Of a stretch of 64,000 bases of DNA, positions 46,776 to 60,473 are shown one piece after another. The stretch lies in the sequence record OQ845958.1; one strand, 5' to 3'. The stretch is from Escherichia phage pEC-M719-6WT.2. The notes under the pieces were generated by a model. The model did not search any database and was not told the origin of the DNA. It saw only the letters and a program-made list of their open reading frames with translations. Numbering within the stretch: the first letter of the stretch is position 1; each line of letters starts with the position of its first letter. The position numbers and the translations under genes are program-made.

Positions 46776-48335
46776 TTAAATTCCTTTAACATATACGCGG
46801 CGGAAGTAACCGTTCAAGCCGAGGCTGTTAACGATGTCCGGCATGCCATTCTGGATGCGCTTGGCCGGAGCCTGAGCTACCGGGTCAGCGAACGGGTTAA
46901 TACCGATACCGTAACGGGTTTTGAAGCCCATAACCGGCTGGAAGTTTTTCGGGTCAGAGCCACGCAGCGGGGTCAGTGCAACATATGGTGCGTAGTAGAT
47001 ACCAGCATCCATTTCGTTAGCGCCTTTGTAACCGATGGTGAAATAGTCTGCACGAGCATACTGGTCGATGTATACACGGTATTTGCCACCCAGAACACCA
47101 GCGAACACAGCTTTAGTGGTGTCAACGTTGAAACCTTTACCCAGACCCTGAGCAGCATAAGATACGGAGGTATCAACTGCAGCCAGTACGTTAACTACGT
47201 TACGGGAAGCGATGATGAAGTTACCTGCACCACGGCCAGTCTGACGAGCGATTTCAGCGGCTTCTTTATCAATCTGGAACAGTAAAGCTTTGAAGCTTTC
47301 ACCAGCCCAACGAGCGCCACGGATATCAATCGGGTCCTGGAAGTCAAACACACCAGCTTTAGCGCCAACGGTGTTGGTCATACCAGATTTACCAACCTGT
47401 GCGGAGTAGTTAATCCAATCGATAACTTCGCGGTTGATTTCCAGCATAATTTCGGTAGCCAGAATACCACTCAATTCGGCATCAGCATCCATACCATGAA
47501 CAGCGCGCAGGTCCTGTGCCAGTTCGATGGAGTAACTTGCTTTCAGCTGGCGGGATTTAGCTTCGATAACTTGTTTATCGATACGGAAGCCCATTTCGTT
47601 CCACGGGTTATCAGTAGAACCGTTGAAGCCTTCCTGCAATTCGGCGATAGAGGTAGCCATACCTTCAGCGATTTCGGCCAGCTTACCAGCTTCGAGCAGT
47701 TTGGTAACTTCGGCGTCAAGTTTAGCGGCATCAGTAGCAGCAGCATCAACGGTTACAGCTTCAACAGCCTGGAAGTGCGCGGCACCGGTTGCTTCGAAGA
47801 AGTGAGAATAAATTTTACCAACGGTAAGAACTTTGCTTGCAGCCAGAGCTTCGAAAGCCTCAGCAGCGCCCTGACCAGAGAACATAGCATTTGGAGCATA
47901 CATCGGGTGGAAAGCTTCTTTAGCACCTGCAGCTACAGGGTCTTTACCGTAAACTGCACGCAGGGCAAATACCTGGCCAGTCGGGTTGTTCAGAGGCTGT
48001 ACGCCACAAATATCAAACGCAATCAGATGCGGGATAGCACGACGAACCATGCCCATAACTGCCGGCCCAATCTGAGTTACTGCACCAGAGGTCTGGCCAG
48101 CAGCGATATTGGTAGCATCATAACCATGGTCACCACCGATTTCAGCTTCGGTCAGGAAAGAACCAAATGCTTCGGAGATTTTTTCGTCACGGTATTCAGG
48201 AGCGGTCAGAATATCTTGTTCCTGGTTTTCAAAGATTTTAGCGATGATAGCTTGTTTGGAAGCACCAACGATTTCCGGAAGAGCTTCGTTTTCCAGCAGA
48301 GCGGACCATTTTTGAACTAATGCATTCTTTTTCAT
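46776..48335 (-). CDS. 23: major capsid protein gp23
   Basis: 519 aa; long stretches match T4 gp23 from memory (e.g. SFLTEAEIGGDHGY, NPWNEMGFRIDKQVIEAKSRQLKA, C-terminal FRRVYVKGI). Confidence 0.98.
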   Translation of the reverse strand: MKKNALVQKWSALLENEALPEIVGASKQAIIAKIFENQEQDILTAPEYRDEKISEAFGSFLTEAEIGGDHGYDATNIAAGQTSGAVTQIGPAVMGMVRRAIPHLIAFDICGVQPLNNPTGQVFALRAVYGKDPVAAGAKEAFHPMYAPNAMFSGQGAAEAFEALAASKVLTVGKIYSHFFEATGAAHFQAVEAVTVDAAATDAAKLDAEVTKLLEAGKLAEIAEGMATSIAELQEGFNGSTDNPWNEMGFRIDKQVIEAKSRQLKASYSIELAQDLRAVHGMDADAELSGILATEIMLEINREVIDWINYSAQVGKSGMTNTVGAKAGVFDFQDPIDIRGARWAGESFKALLFQIDKEAAEIARQTGRGAGNFIIASRNVVNVLAAVDTSVSYAAQGLGKGFNVDTTKAVFAGVLGGKYRVYIDQYARADYFTIGYKGANEMDAGIYYAPYVALTPLRGSDPKNFQPVMGFKTRYGIGINPFADPVAQAPAKRIQNGMPDIVNSLGLNGYFRRVYVKGI

Positions 48336-48356
48336 GTGTTGTATAACCTTATTAAA

Positions 48357-49175
48357 TTAAGAAATTCGTGATGCTGCGAGAGCAGACAAGTCCGCGAAGG
48401 ACAGGGTAGGCTTGGCGCCTTTTTCTTCAACTGCTTCTGAAATGTAATTCAGTGCCGCAGCATCGTCTACATTTTTATTTATAGCGGCTTCGGTGATTGG
48501 TTTGCCGGTGGGTTCTACCTGACCTTTAACCATTTCAACGATAGCGCCAATTTTGGTACCGAATGCATCAGAGTATTCCATGCCTTCTACCAGAGAACCA
48601 ACTTTTTCTTTTTGAGATTCAGTCAGGTCTTTAGTCGCTTCAGTCAACGCAACTTCACGTTGGACATAATTGATATAAGCATCACGCTTAGCAACTTCTT
48701 CGAACAGATTAGCGGTTTCTTCTTTCTGTTCAGCCAGTTCTTCCTGCATTTCTGCAACAACATCGACAGATTCTTCTGGAACAACAACGTTGTGCTCAAC
48801 GAACAGTTCTTTCATGCCGGTGAACATGGATTCGAACAGGTCAGCTTTAATGCCACGGTCGACAGCCAGTTTATTTTCAGCGAGCCATTCTTTAGCAACG
48901 TGGTCCAGGAATTTAGCTGCAGATTCTTTCAGTTTTTTCTCTGCTTTTTCGTCGGCTTCTTCTTTATTCTTTTCGACTTCTTCTTCAGCTTTTTCAGCGA
49001 TGGCGTGAATGTGAGATTCTGCCAGTTTGATGGCGTGTTGCTTGACGGTAGCTTCGAATACAGTGCCGAAGGTAGCTTTCGCTTCCGGGGACAAATTAAC
49101 TGATTCGAAAATACTATCGAGAGCAACGGAAGCATCGATATTCTGAGCTTCAGAAATGAGTTGTTCTTTAAGCAT
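48357..49175 (-). CDS. 22: prohead core scaffolding protein gp22
   Basis: 272 aa, highly acidic coiled-coil protein; synteny 20-67-68-21-22-23. Confidence 0.85.
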   Translation of the reverse strand: MLKEQLISEAQNIDASVALDSIFESVNLSPEAKATFGTVFEATVKQHAIKLAESHIHAIAEKAEEEVEKNKEEADEKAEKKLKESAAKFLDHVAKEWLAENKLAVDRGIKADLFESMFTGMKELFVEHNVVVPEESVDVVAEMQEELAEQKEETANLFEEVAKRDAYINYVQREVALTEATKDLTESQKEKVGSLVEGMEYSDAFGTKIGAIVEMVKGQVEPTGKPITEAAINKNVDDAAALNYISEAVEEKGAKPTLSFADLSALAASRIS

Positions 49176-49207
49176 TTTGTAGTCCTGTTGTTAAGATATA
49201 CATTTAT

Positions 49208-49846
49208 TTATAACGTCTTTAAAGCCTCTGCGAGAGCCATAAAGGCGTCATCGGCACTGGTATCGGCAACTGCCGTTTGTGATTCTGTAATCTGCTTTGG
49301 TTTGACCCAAGCGTCCGGAGCACTTGGCCCCCATACTGCATCTACTCCAACCGTCAATTTAAAACCTTCATTAACGATGCTATAACCTTTTGCTGATTTA
49401 GTCAAGGAACCAAGTCCACGACTAGATACACCTGGAATCCAACCTGCTCTTATATTTGCAGCAAGTTTATCACCTGGGCCATGGTCGCCTTCGATAATAC
49501 GTGCGCGGCCATATACATCATTACCTTTCCACCACATATCTTCAATAATAATAGCGGCTTGCATAGGGTCGACGTTAGCACGGGGCGGATGATTTAATTC
49601 TCCTAAAGCTTGTTTAGTAGCAACCTGTTCTGTCATATAATCAGCAACGGCTTTTTCCAAAATATGTTTAGGATAAAGTCGTTTATTACGGTTAACAACT
49701 TCAGCTTGTAGGAAAATACCTTCAATATAAAGTCCTGGCTTTAAACCGCTGCTGGAACCGTCATGAGATTCCAACATCGGTACACCATCTTTAATTTCGC
49801 CCGGTTGACCCCAGTGTTCAATTAGTAACTCTGGTTTCTGTTCCAT
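49208..49846 (-). CDS. 21: prohead protease gp21
   Basis: 212 aa, same length as T4 gp21; synteny; late promoter TATAAATA upstream. Confidence 0.88.
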   Translation of the reverse strand: MEQKPELLIEHWGQPGEIKDGVPMLESHDGSSSGLKPGLYIEGIFLQAEVVNRNKRLYPKHILEKAVADYMTEQVATKQALGELNHPPRANVDPMQAAIIIEDMWWKGNDVYGRARIIEGDHGPGDKLAANIRAGWIPGVSSRGLGSLTKSAKGYSIVNEGFKLTVGVDAVWGPSAPDAWVKPKQITESQTAVADTSADDAFMALAEALKTL

Positions 49847-50274
49847 TAATCAAGTCCGAATGCTTTACGCTTAGCTCGAGCTTTTTTGCGCTTGCGCTCT
49901 GCTCTGATTTGCGTAGATGGGTTTGCTCTTTTTGTTTTAGTAGCCAGACGGGCAATTTGACGACGTTTAGCTTTAGAAAGACCAGTTGTTTGGAAAGCAT
50001 TACGCTTACGAGTAGCTAGGTCTTTTGTGCGGGTTAACTCACCGCGAGACGATACATGTTTAACGATAAATTCGTTAAGCTGAACACCTTCATTCAGCGC
50101 GCCGATAACCGTTGCTTTTTCATATTCACCGGCTGCAAACATGTTTTCTACAATAATATTTATATCGTCTTTTTCTAAGGCTTCAGATAATGAATCAAAT
50201 TGTCCCTGAGCTTCTTCGGAAACACTTTCAATGTTTTCAAGAGTTAATTCGTAATCATCAGGGATAATAAACAT
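49846..50274 (-). CDS. 68: prohead core protein gp68
   Basis: 142 aa; position between 67 and 21 as in T4. Confidence 0.75.
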   Translation of the reverse strand: MFIIPDDYELTLENIESVSEEAQGQFDSLSEALEKDDINIIVENMFAAGEYEKATVIGALNEGVQLNEFIVKHVSSRGELTRTKDLATRKRNAFQTTGLSKAKRRQIARLATKTKRANPSTQIRAERKRKKARAKRKAFGLD

Positions 50275-50522
50275 TATTCATCGTCCTCATCTTCATCATC
50301 GTCGCCTTCGTCAGCGTCATCAGATTCTTTTTTGTCTTTCTTTTCTGCTTTACCGTCTTCATCATCTTCTTTAGGCTCTTCGCCTTCAATCATGATGGAA
50401 CGTGCAATTTCAATCTTACGTTCTTCAATCAAACTACCGCATACTGGGCCAATGTTTTCAGCAAAATATTTGCGAACGGCTACGAGGTCGTTTGATTTAA
50501 TGGCTTCAAATAAATCATCCAT
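50274..50522 (-). CDS. 67: prohead core protein gp67
   Basis: 82 aa with acidic C-terminal tail; position after gene 20 as in T4. Confidence 0.75.
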   Translation of the reverse strand: MDDLFEAIKSNDLVAVRKYFAENIGPVCGSLIEERKIEIARSIMIEGEEPKEDDEDGKAEKKDKKESDDADEGDDDEDEDDE

Positions 50523-52096
50523 TAGAAATCCTCTTCTTCTTCTTCAGGGTTTTGGAAACGAGCCTCTTTGGACTCCAATTCAATTTGCTTAGCTTCTTGA
50601 TTAATTTCTTCATCAGACATCTGGAGGAAGTCCTTCATAGCCGTTTGATGCGAAATATATTTACCGATAAACGGTTCAGCCATCGTTAGCATATTGATTC
50701 TGCGTTCCATGATTTCTGCGTCTTTCATTTCGGTGAAATAGCTATCACGGTTGAACGTAACTTTAATATTATTTAGTTCCTTTTCCCATTCCTCTTCTGA
50801 AATAATTTTTTTCAGGATAAGGTTGGTTTTAAGCGGGTCGAGGAAAACTTCTTCAAATTTATTCTGTAGCTGCCTAATCCATTTAGAGAAATTCAATTCA
50901 TCGCGAGTAATTGTCGCGCCCGCATCAAACATAACGCCGCTGTTTTGGTCATTAGGGATACGAGATAATGGAATTCGGAGAGCCTGATATAGGTTGTTCT
51001 TAAACCAGCGAACATCGTCCATATCCGACATGCCTTGTGCACCCGGGAGTGTATCAACTTCGGTGACTGCTTTACCATCACGACGTTGCAACCAATAGTC
51101 TTCTGTCATTGACATGTTGTGCTGTTGGTTTTTGATTTTACCCGTGGTTGCATCATATACGACACGGTTTTTCATCGTATTCATAATATGTTGCATGTGT
51201 GCTGCTGCTTTACGAGACGGCATATTTCCGGTATCGATATAAAAGACTCGGCGGTCTGGTGCACGAGTTATACGATAAATGACTAAAGCATCTTCTAATA
51301 GTTTTAATTGGTTTGCAGGTTTAATTGCTCGTTGTAAGTATCCGATGATATTCTTACCACAGCAATCGAGTAATCCCGAATGCGCATATACAATCGCCGC
51401 ACGAGGAATTTTTATTTTAGTACCTGCTTCATATATACGACCATCGGCACAATAACTTTCATGACCAGTATCGTATACAAAATATTCTCTGTAACCGTCG
51501 ACAATTTTTGTACCATTTTCCATGCGTGTAACGATTTCACGGATGAACTGGATTTGTCTTGGGTCAAGGCGACGAAGTTCTTGGACCCCATCTTTAAGTT
51601 TTGCTGGGTTGATAATTTTGTGGAAGAAAATTCGAGAATCCACATACCAACGTTTAAAGTGGTCAGAACCTTTACGCTCGAAATTAAGGAGGTTATTAAC
51701 TTCCGCGAATTCTTCAAGGATTCGGTCTTTAATTTTCTGACTAAATTCGGTAGCATCAAGATTAAGAGCTACAACATCTTTACCGTCTTCAAAAACGATA
51801 GCATCAGACACAATTTCTTGCACCGCGTTATCAACTTCATAATTATTTAGTAAGTTGCGGTAGGTGTCAATTAATTCCCTGGTATTTTTTACTTCAGGTT
51901 CATTACTCCCGAACATCTGTTGCATCAATGCATTATACGGGACGTTTTGTTCTTGTGACTCAATTTCGCGAGCCCCATCGTCAAACTTCGGCCCGGTCAT
52001 TGACTCTAAATTATTTTTTTCTTGTTGCTTATATTCTTGTTCATCTTCTTTAGCCCAAGGCTTAAGAAAATTTAGTATTGTGTTAAAACCTGCCAT
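50522..52096 (-). CDS. 20: portal vertex protein gp20
   Basis: 524 aa, same length as T4 gp20; late promoter upstream; synteny. Confidence 0.92.
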   Translation of the reverse strand: MAGFNTILNFLKPWAKEDEQEYKQQEKNNLESMTGPKFDDGAREIESQEQNVPYNALMQQMFGSNEPEVKNTRELIDTYRNLLNNYEVDNAVQEIVSDAIVFEDGKDVVALNLDATEFSQKIKDRILEEFAEVNNLLNFERKGSDHFKRWYVDSRIFFHKIINPAKLKDGVQELRRLDPRQIQFIREIVTRMENGTKIVDGYREYFVYDTGHESYCADGRIYEAGTKIKIPRAAIVYAHSGLLDCCGKNIIGYLQRAIKPANQLKLLEDALVIYRITRAPDRRVFYIDTGNMPSRKAAAHMQHIMNTMKNRVVYDATTGKIKNQQHNMSMTEDYWLQRRDGKAVTEVDTLPGAQGMSDMDDVRWFKNNLYQALRIPLSRIPNDQNSGVMFDAGATITRDELNFSKWIRQLQNKFEEVFLDPLKTNLILKKIISEEEWEKELNNIKVTFNRDSYFTEMKDAEIMERRINMLTMAEPFIGKYISHQTAMKDFLQMSDEEINQEAKQIELESKEARFQNPEEEEEDF

Positions 52097-52153
52097 TAGA
52101 GTCTCCGAAGTTTGGGAAATGAGGCCGAAGCCTCATAATAACTTTATTTATAC

Positions 52154-52645
52154 TTATTCCCACCAGTCAATTGCGAACGTTGCTTCGAACGTTTCAATTT
52201 CGTTGTTACTGTCCCAATCCATCTGGACTTCCCCAACGTTGGTTGGCCACATGCCGGTAATAACAACTTCTTTCGTAACGGTCTTACCATCACGATGGAA
52301 CTGACGAACAGTAGCGGTTTTCTTATAATCAGCAGGAGCTGCACCGGTGATTTCGTTAGTCATACCGTGACACAGGTTTTGCCAATCAACAATTGCTTGA
52401 CGAACTTTATGAGCATCGTCGTTATAAATCGTAATAGTCCAGTCATCAAATGTACGGTCGCCCGCAACGTTGATTTTACGGTTCATGTAACCGACAGGAA
52501 CTTTTTCTACAATGCCAGCAGGCATCGGGGCTGCTTTACAATGGAAAGCAAAGTTTTTACCCAGGAATGGGATTTCGACTTCGAACAGGTTAGGGCGAGC
52601 AAAGTCGCCGGATTCGAAAGCGCGTGTGATATCGGTCAACTCCAT
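52154..52645 (-). CDS. 19: tail tube protein gp19 (start at internal ATG; ORF track extends to 52696)
   Basis: 163 aa from MELTDITRAFESGDFARPNLF, same length as T4 gp19; the ORF-track start abuts a TATAAATA late promoter and is unlikely to be translated. Confidence 0.93.
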   Translation of the reverse strand: MELTDITRAFESGDFARPNLFEVEIPFLGKNFAFHCKAAPMPAGIVEKVPVGYMNRKINVAGDRTFDDWTITIYNDDAHKVRQAIVDWQNLCHGMTNEITGAAPADYKKTATVRQFHRDGKTVTKEVVITGMWPTNVGEVQMDWDSNNEIETFEATFAIDWWE

Positions 52646-52697
52646 TAAGGAATCCTCTTTATAGACACAGGTCGCGCGAACGCGTCCCTGATGCATG

Positions 52698-52705
52698 TAT
52701 TTATA
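52698..52705 (-). promoter_or_regulatory. late promoter (TATAAATA on minus strand) for gene 19
   Basis: Forward TATTTATA about 50 nt upstream of the gp19 ATG. Confidence 0.5.
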
Positions 52706-52762
52706 CTAGGTAATATGATTCATCATCTCAAGATAACGGCTTCCCAGAATCAACTACAGGAG

Positions 52763-52813
52763 CCCGTAGAACCGATTATGCTTTTATTTATACCACTGTA
52801 TAATGGTTCTACG
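52763..52813. promoter_or_regulatory. promoter element inside a 10-bp inverted repeat, readable as a plus-strand middle promoter or a minus-strand late promoter
   Basis: CCGTAGAACC gatt aTGCTTTTA tttataccactg TATAAT GGTTCTACGG; reverse complement contains TATAAATA. Confidence 0.45.
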
Positions 52814-52849
52814 GTTTCTAACTGATTAATTCATTCTAAGCGATGATAA

Positions 52850-54829
52850 TTATTGTGGCCCAATCAGCTCATCAAAATCAGCACCAGTGCTAGTGGCTAC
52901 GAAGTTAAGAGTGATGTAGTTGATGCTGCGCGCAGGTTTAAAATAAATGCTAGCAACAAACTCATTTCGGTCTATGACCGACGGGGTGTTGTTAGTAGTA
53001 TCACAAACTACACGACCTTCATAAATGCCACCAAGTGCACGAATACCATCCAAGTATTGAGAAGTTTCCATACGGAATGATGCACGAGTGAAGTTATCGT
53101 TAAGCTCAAACAGTTTATATTTGGATGCATCACCGATATTTTTCTTCAGCATATTCGTAAGACGACGAACGTTAATATGGTCCATCGGAGATGGAACTTT
53201 AGTTGCAGTCTTATCACCATACAGAACAAAACCATCACCACCTGCGAAACCAACAACCGGGTTGATAGCTTCTTGATACATGCGGTCACGTTGGGTCTGA
53301 CGTGGTTCAACAGCCAATTTCAGAACGTTCAGAATCTGACCGCGGTTATAACCAGCCGGAGACATCCAAGGCTGAGAAACATCATCAGTACGAGCACACA
53401 GACCAGCCATATCAGCTGCCAGAGGAACCCAACGGTTAACGTCATTATATTTATCATACTGATATTTATAGTTGCCATCAATCGCTGCATAAGTCGTGCT
53501 GATATTCATGTTATCAGTATCAAATGCGCCAGCACCTGTACGCCAGTCAATCAGGTTATCCACTGCACGGGTCAGAGGAACGTTAACCAACAGACCTTTC
53601 GGCGGGGAAATAAATGCCAGACAATCCTGACGTTCGTCAGCAATAGAAACCACGTGTTTCTGAACAGTGGAAGCGGTTGCATCACCTTCACCAGCTACTG
53701 CACCAGCGATAAGCAGGTTAATATGCAGTGCTTCACGGTCAGCAAACAGGTCCCAACCTTGCATCAAATCACCAGCGGTAATCTTATCGTTTGCAGAAAT
53801 ACCACCAGACAGATTGATGATACCACTGAAGCCTGCAGGCCAGTTGCGAGATGTTGCATAGATGTAGTTGGAAGTACCTTTTGCAAAGTAGTCATCCAGA
53901 TAAATGTTATTACCGTAAACATCTTTTTCGCCCTGCTTGGTAGACAAAACAACGTTTTCGACGATTGCACCATCGCGGCGAACGATAATTGCATATTGGT
54001 TTTCAGACTGAGGACCATAGTTAAACACGGCACGAGCCACAGAAGCACGCGTTCCGCCGCCCGGGAAAATATTCAGATTTGCAGCTGCGCCTTTTTCAAA
54101 TTCAGCTTTAGATACGATTTCAACTTCCAGAGTAGAACCGATTTCGCCTGGATAAAGAGCAACAACACCTGGCATTGCATATTTTGCTAATGATGCCTGG
54201 AATTCCAGAGAAGTAATTGCTTCTTCACTGTTTTCTGCTTCAGTCAACAGAATTCCAGAATCGGTAACAATTTTCCCAACAGTGATGGTACCAGATACAC
54301 CAGAAGAAGTGGTTGTAACTTCCGCAGTCCATGCACTACCTAAATTAGGATACTGATTAATAGTTTTGGCAAATGCAATAATCTTATCGGTAGGAATAAA
54401 GATTGCCTGAATTTTACCATCAACGTCGACCTTGGTCACACGGCCAGCCGGTTCAACAACAGTCTGGTTGTGTTTAACCTGAATAACATCACCGACAGCA
54501 TAGTTTGTACCAGCAGTTACGATGGTAGTTTCAATATTGCCAGCAATAGGGGATGCGTTTTTAGCTTCGTCACGGTTAACAACACGTACAGTACGGAGGT
54601 CATTACCATATTGCAGGAAGTTCATCCCACTCATAAAGTAATCTGCTGTTTCATTATTCGGACCACCAAACAAATCAACAAGTTCAACTTCGTTTGTAAT
54701 TTGAGTTACCTGGAAAGCTGGGCCCCACTGGAATTTACCAACCAGCGCCGCACGACCCGTCGCGTTACGAACAACAGTGCTTTGTACCGTTGTTTCTTTG
54801 AGCTCAATGCCCGGGGATAATAAAGCCAT
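52850..54829 (-). CDS. 18: tail sheath protein gp18
   Basis: 659 aa, same length as T4 gp18; late promoter TATAAATA upstream (forward TATTTATA near 54868). Confidence 0.93.
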   Translation of the reverse strand: MALLSPGIELKETTVQSTVVRNATGRAALVGKFQWGPAFQVTQITNEVELVDLFGGPNNETADYFMSGMNFLQYGNDLRTVRVVNRDEAKNASPIAGNIETTIVTAGTNYAVGDVIQVKHNQTVVEPAGRVTKVDVDGKIQAIFIPTDKIIAFAKTINQYPNLGSAWTAEVTTTSSGVSGTITVGKIVTDSGILLTEAENSEEAITSLEFQASLAKYAMPGVVALYPGEIGSTLEVEIVSKAEFEKGAAANLNIFPGGGTRASVARAVFNYGPQSENQYAIIVRRDGAIVENVVLSTKQGEKDVYGNNIYLDDYFAKGTSNYIYATSRNWPAGFSGIINLSGGISANDKITAGDLMQGWDLFADREALHINLLIAGAVAGEGDATASTVQKHVVSIADERQDCLAFISPPKGLLVNVPLTRAVDNLIDWRTGAGAFDTDNMNISTTYAAIDGNYKYQYDKYNDVNRWVPLAADMAGLCARTDDVSQPWMSPAGYNRGQILNVLKLAVEPRQTQRDRMYQEAINPVVGFAGGDGFVLYGDKTATKVPSPMDHINVRRLTNMLKKNIGDASKYKLFELNDNFTRASFRMETSQYLDGIRALGGIYEGRVVCDTTNNTPSVIDRNEFVASIYFKPARSINYITLNFVATSTGADFDELIGPQ

Positions 54830-54861
54830 TTTGAGTCCTCTAATAGTTTGCTTTACTTTAT

Positions 54862-57165
<2,304 letters not shown>

Positions 57166-57169
<4 letters not shown>

Positions 57170-58041
57170 AGTGGTACCCTATTTTTTCTTGGAGCTGGCG
57201 GTGCTGGGTCAACCGGTACAGGAATATCCTGCGAATATGTTTGAACAGATTCACCTTGCCAGTCTTCTTGGTCGACGTCTCGTGGAACGGCTTCCGAGTC
57301 AACAGATTCGAAATTGCCCTCTGGTGCAAGCTCTCTGGAATTTGCAAAGAAGTCAAGATAGATAGTACGGATTTCCCCGGCTACTTCCTTGACCGGTGGA
57401 TATAACCAACCGTTAACTTCGAACATAATGGACCATTCGAGTCTACGACGAGTCATTGCATCACCTTCAATTTGCTCATCCATAGCAATTGACTGCAATA
57501 CGATTCTTATATCACGTTCGAATGTAATTTCATTCGTGTAAAGTTCAGTGATGGTTGTATTAAAATGTGGCTGGAAGTAAGGCATGATTTGTTCGATAAT
57601 CTGGAACATATCATCTTGATGCCTTGTATATATTCCAAGCTCGAAAATCATTTTGACCGGCACAGGAGAATATTGAGATATCTGCTTGCGAGGGTCGTTA
57701 TTAGCAAATCGCGCTTGTGTGTGATTCTGGAGAGCCGTTTTATATTGCCCGTTATACATCAAGTCAACCATATGTAGGTTCATACGGGGCAATACGGTCT
57801 CGATTTTAGCCTTCTGAGCAGCACGTTCTTGTGGTGACATGTCAGGAGTCGGTGTATTCTGAATAGCGGTCCATTTTCCAAGCTGCATCATGAATTTTTC
57901 TTTTGAAGCATAAGAAATAGGGACCTTAATATATTTAAGTCCAGTGTCTTCTCTGGTTCTGGCCACTTGTACATGGGAAAATAAATCGCCCATTAAAACG
58001 ATATAGCGACGCAGAGACGAATTATAAAAATGCCCAAACAA
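57166..58041 (-). CDS. 15: tail sheath stabilizer / tail completion protein gp15
   Basis: 291 aa; MFGxFYNSSxRRY ... ITYASKE ... QPHFNTT match T4 gp15 from memory. Confidence 0.9.
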
Positions 58042-58084
58042 AGTAACCTCCAGGCGCCCAGTTCGGGCGCATTAATAAATGTAT

Positions 58085-58873
58085 TTATTCATCAAAGAAA
58101 CTATCGTCAAAGCTATCCTGTTTTGCCTTCGGAGGAGCCTCAAGTCCACGACCATTCTGCACAAAATATGGTTTAACATATTCAGCTGCTTCTGCGTTAA
58201 TCTCATTGGATTCAGCATAAGGGATATTGCTGATATCTGTAAGACCATCGATATTGTGGATTGGTTGTAAATCGAGCTCACTGAATTCTGGAATATTAAT
58301 ACCTTCATTCCGTTGCAATTCGGGTTTAAGCTCTTCTCCGGAGTAAATGTATTTGCTCGCAGTGATTTTACGGATAGCATTTTGACCTACCTGATAGAAT
58401 GGGTCATAAGGTTGCACCCATGTAATTTCGAACAGGCTGTTATCAAGAGGGAAATAAATCAAATCCCCGGCAATAGGTTCAGTTCCATTGCATTGGTGTT
58501 TAAACAGGTTAGGGTTAATCGATATTGTAATTTCATCGTTCACAGTCATACCGAATTTACTAAAGATAGAACCATCACCCTGATATGCATCGAACGTATC
58601 CAGATATCCAGCAAATTTCCATGCTTTATCAAATTTACTCTGGAGGTCTTCACCAAATAACAAATCCGGTTTAACGAATTGCCTTGGGATATAATAAAGA
58701 GACATTCCGCGCATCTGAATACTTTCAGCAACAATAGCATCTGCTAAAGTCTGGGTATTTTCATGATGCATAAAGTTTACATATTGGTTGAGTATCTCTG
58801 ACGAGTTTGTATTGTCATACCCGGTTCCATCTTCGAGCCGAGCGAATAAGCTTGCATCATAAGAATTACGCAT
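58085..58873 (-). CDS. 14: neck protein gp14
   Basis: 262 aa (T4 gp14 about 256); synteny 13-14-15. Confidence 0.8.
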   Translation of the reverse strand: MRNSYDASLFARLEDGTGYDNTNSSEILNQYVNFMHHENTQTLADAIVAESIQMRGMSLYYIPRQFVKPDLLFGEDLQSKFDKAWKFAGYLDTFDAYQGDGSIFSKFGMTVNDEITISINPNLFKHQCNGTEPIAGDLIYFPLDNSLFEITWVQPYDPFYQVGQNAIRKITASKYIYSGEELKPELQRNEGINIPEFSELDLQPIHNIDGLTDISNIPYAESNEINAEAAEYVKPYFVQNGRGLEAPPKAKQDSFDDSFFDE

Positions 58874-59501
58874 AATTCCATAATTTCCATTTTTCGGCTG
58901 TACTTTTACATCTGTAAATGACCGTCGCCGGTGTTATCGAATAATATTCTGCACATTTTCTTCCGGTACAAAATTCTAGGTCGCCGGTAATAATTTTACG
59001 CGCGGCCGGATTTTTATCATCAGAAAAATCTGGATGTCTGTCCTTAAAATCAATCCACATTCGAGCTGTTGATTCTTTACGACGTTTTAATCCTTCTTCT
59101 GACCATTCCCTTTGTTTTGCTGCGTCTGACATTCGTTTTCTTGATTCTGCTGTTCTCTTTTTACCAAAGGCAGGGGAATCTTCTGGACAACTATAACCTT
59201 CTGGTCCGCCTCCCCCTGTTGGATGTAAATTTGCACAATTATCGAAACTTTCTAAAAGCTCACTGACTAGTAAGGCTTCGGCTTCTTTTAATAGGGCAGG
59301 CGATTCAAAAGGTTTAGACCATGTAATGTCGACTAAACATTTCCTTCCGTATTTTTGTTTAGCTCGCTTGACAATAGTACCAGAACCGAAATAACTATCC
59401 GCTTTAGAATCTTCATAATGTGAATGGCGTTTACCGCCATATACCATTATCCCATTAGATGTTTCAAATGTTGATACATAAAGTCTATAGTATGTAGTCA
59501 T
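58866..59501 (-). CDS. free-standing GIY-YIG-type (seg/I-TevI-like) homing endonuclease candidate
   Basis: 211 aa filling the 13/14 gap; degenerate N-terminal GIY-YIG-like motif (YRLYV ... IMVYGGKR); C-terminal [32 protein letters not shown] resembles the I-TevI DNA-binding domain. Confidence 0.5.
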   Translation of the reverse strand: MTTYYRLYVSTFETSNGIMVYGGKRHSHYEDSKADSYFGSGTIVKRAKQKYGRKCLVDITWSKPFESPALLKEAEALLVSELLESFDNCANLHPTGGGGPEGYSCPEDSPAFGKKRTAESRKRMSDAAKQREWSEEGLKRRKESTARMWIDFKDRHPDFSDDKNPAARKIITGDLEFCTGRKCAEYYSITPATVIYRCKSTAEKWKLWNYA

Positions 59502-59504
59502 TAA

Positions 59505-60443
59505 TCACCCAATTAGTATTCCAGCTGGTGCATCCAGCAGGTCAAGTTCTTCGCGGAGACGTTCTTTTTCCATACGAGCTTCTTCAATTAAACGAACACC
59601 ATCAACCGTGGTACCACCTGGCATCATCATCCCCTGGTGTTTAGCCAATACGTTGCCGTTAACTTCCTTAACGAGCGCTGTGGCATAGTCTTTCACCCAA
59701 CGGTTGTTATATGCACCATCTTGAAGTCCAAGGTCCTCACCAGCTCTCATACCGCTTATTCTGCGCGCTGGGTTATCCCACTGTGCGCCTGCATTCCACG
59801 GATTATCACAATCAGCCGAAGCAAAACCATAGCCAGCTGTATTGCCTACCATTGAATCCACACCGTTATATGATTTGGTAAAAACTTCAATTACAATCAC
59901 ATCTCCCTGGCGGAAGTTGCCCATAATTTTAAGTTGTTCGGTATCGTCATTATACCAGTAATCTGGCAGCGGAACCATCAGGTCTTGCATCATTGAACGG
60001 TATTGCATAAGCTGTGTAAAATAACCAAGGTCTGCACCAAAAGCATTTGGACCAAAGCTGTTACATGAGCTACCCATTCCACCGTTAATCCCGGCCAGTC
60101 CCAGAACAAAATCTGTGAACCATGGATATGTAGCTTGACCATCCATCGAAGTTAATGAACCGACGTTAGTACGAATAATCTGCGTTACTGCAAAAATATT
60201 ACGGCCTTTTAAATCGAAAACACCATCGCGAAATTTCTGTTGTGAAACGTCATCATGACCGATATAAAAAGCCTGATAACCTTTGTTATAACCATTATAA
60301 TGATATTCACCATATAATTCTAATGCACGCTGGATGCAATCATAGACCTGTTCGGTCGTAACTTCGATATTCGTAATTGGAGCACCAAGACGTCGAAGGA
60401 TTGCATCTTTTAATTGTTTCGGGTTGTATGATTCAGTTGCCAT
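59505..60443 (-). CDS. 13: neck protein gp13
   Basis: 312 aa (T4 gp13 about 309); N-terminus [15 protein letters not shown] ... [16 protein letters not shown] matches T4 from memory; late promoter upstream. Confidence 0.9.
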   Translation of the reverse strand: MATESYNPKQLKDAILRRLGAPITNIEVTTEQVYDCIQRALELYGEYHYNGYNKGYQAFYIGHDDVSQQKFRDGVFDLKGRNIFAVTQIIRTNVGSLTSMDGQATYPWFTDFVLGLAGINGGMGSSCNSFGPNAFGADLGYFTQLMQYRSMMQDLMVPLPDYWYNDDTEQLKIMGNFRQGDVIVIEVFTKSYNGVDSMVGNTAGYGFASADCDNPWNAGAQWDNPARRISGMRAGEDLGLQDGAYNNRWVKDYATALVKEVNGNVLAKHQGMMMPGGTTVDGVRLIEEARMEKERLREELDLLDAPAGILIG

Positions 60444-60460
60444 ATGTTTTCCTCTTTACT

Positions 60461-60468
60461 GTATTTAT
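60461..60468 (-). promoter_or_regulatory. late promoter (TATAAATA on minus strand) for gene 13
   Basis: Forward TATTTATA about 20 nt upstream of the gp13 ATG with AAAGAGGAAAAC ribosome-binding site. Confidence 0.55.
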
Positions 60469-60473
60469 ACGAA

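Noticed and set aside
47496-48320. 274-aa plus-strand ORF inside gene 23
   Set aside because: Antisense to the major capsid gene; low-complexity Ser/Phe-rich translation without start context; judged non-coding.
52646-52696. N-terminal extension of gene 19 in the ORF track (start at 52696)
   Set aside because: The upstream ATG abuts a TATAAATA late promoter, so it would not be in the transcript; the internal ATG gives the 163-aa length of T4 gp19.
53177-54190. 337-aa plus-strand ORF inside gene 18
   Set aside because: Antisense to the tail sheath gene; Cys/Thr/Asn-rich improbable composition; judged non-coding.
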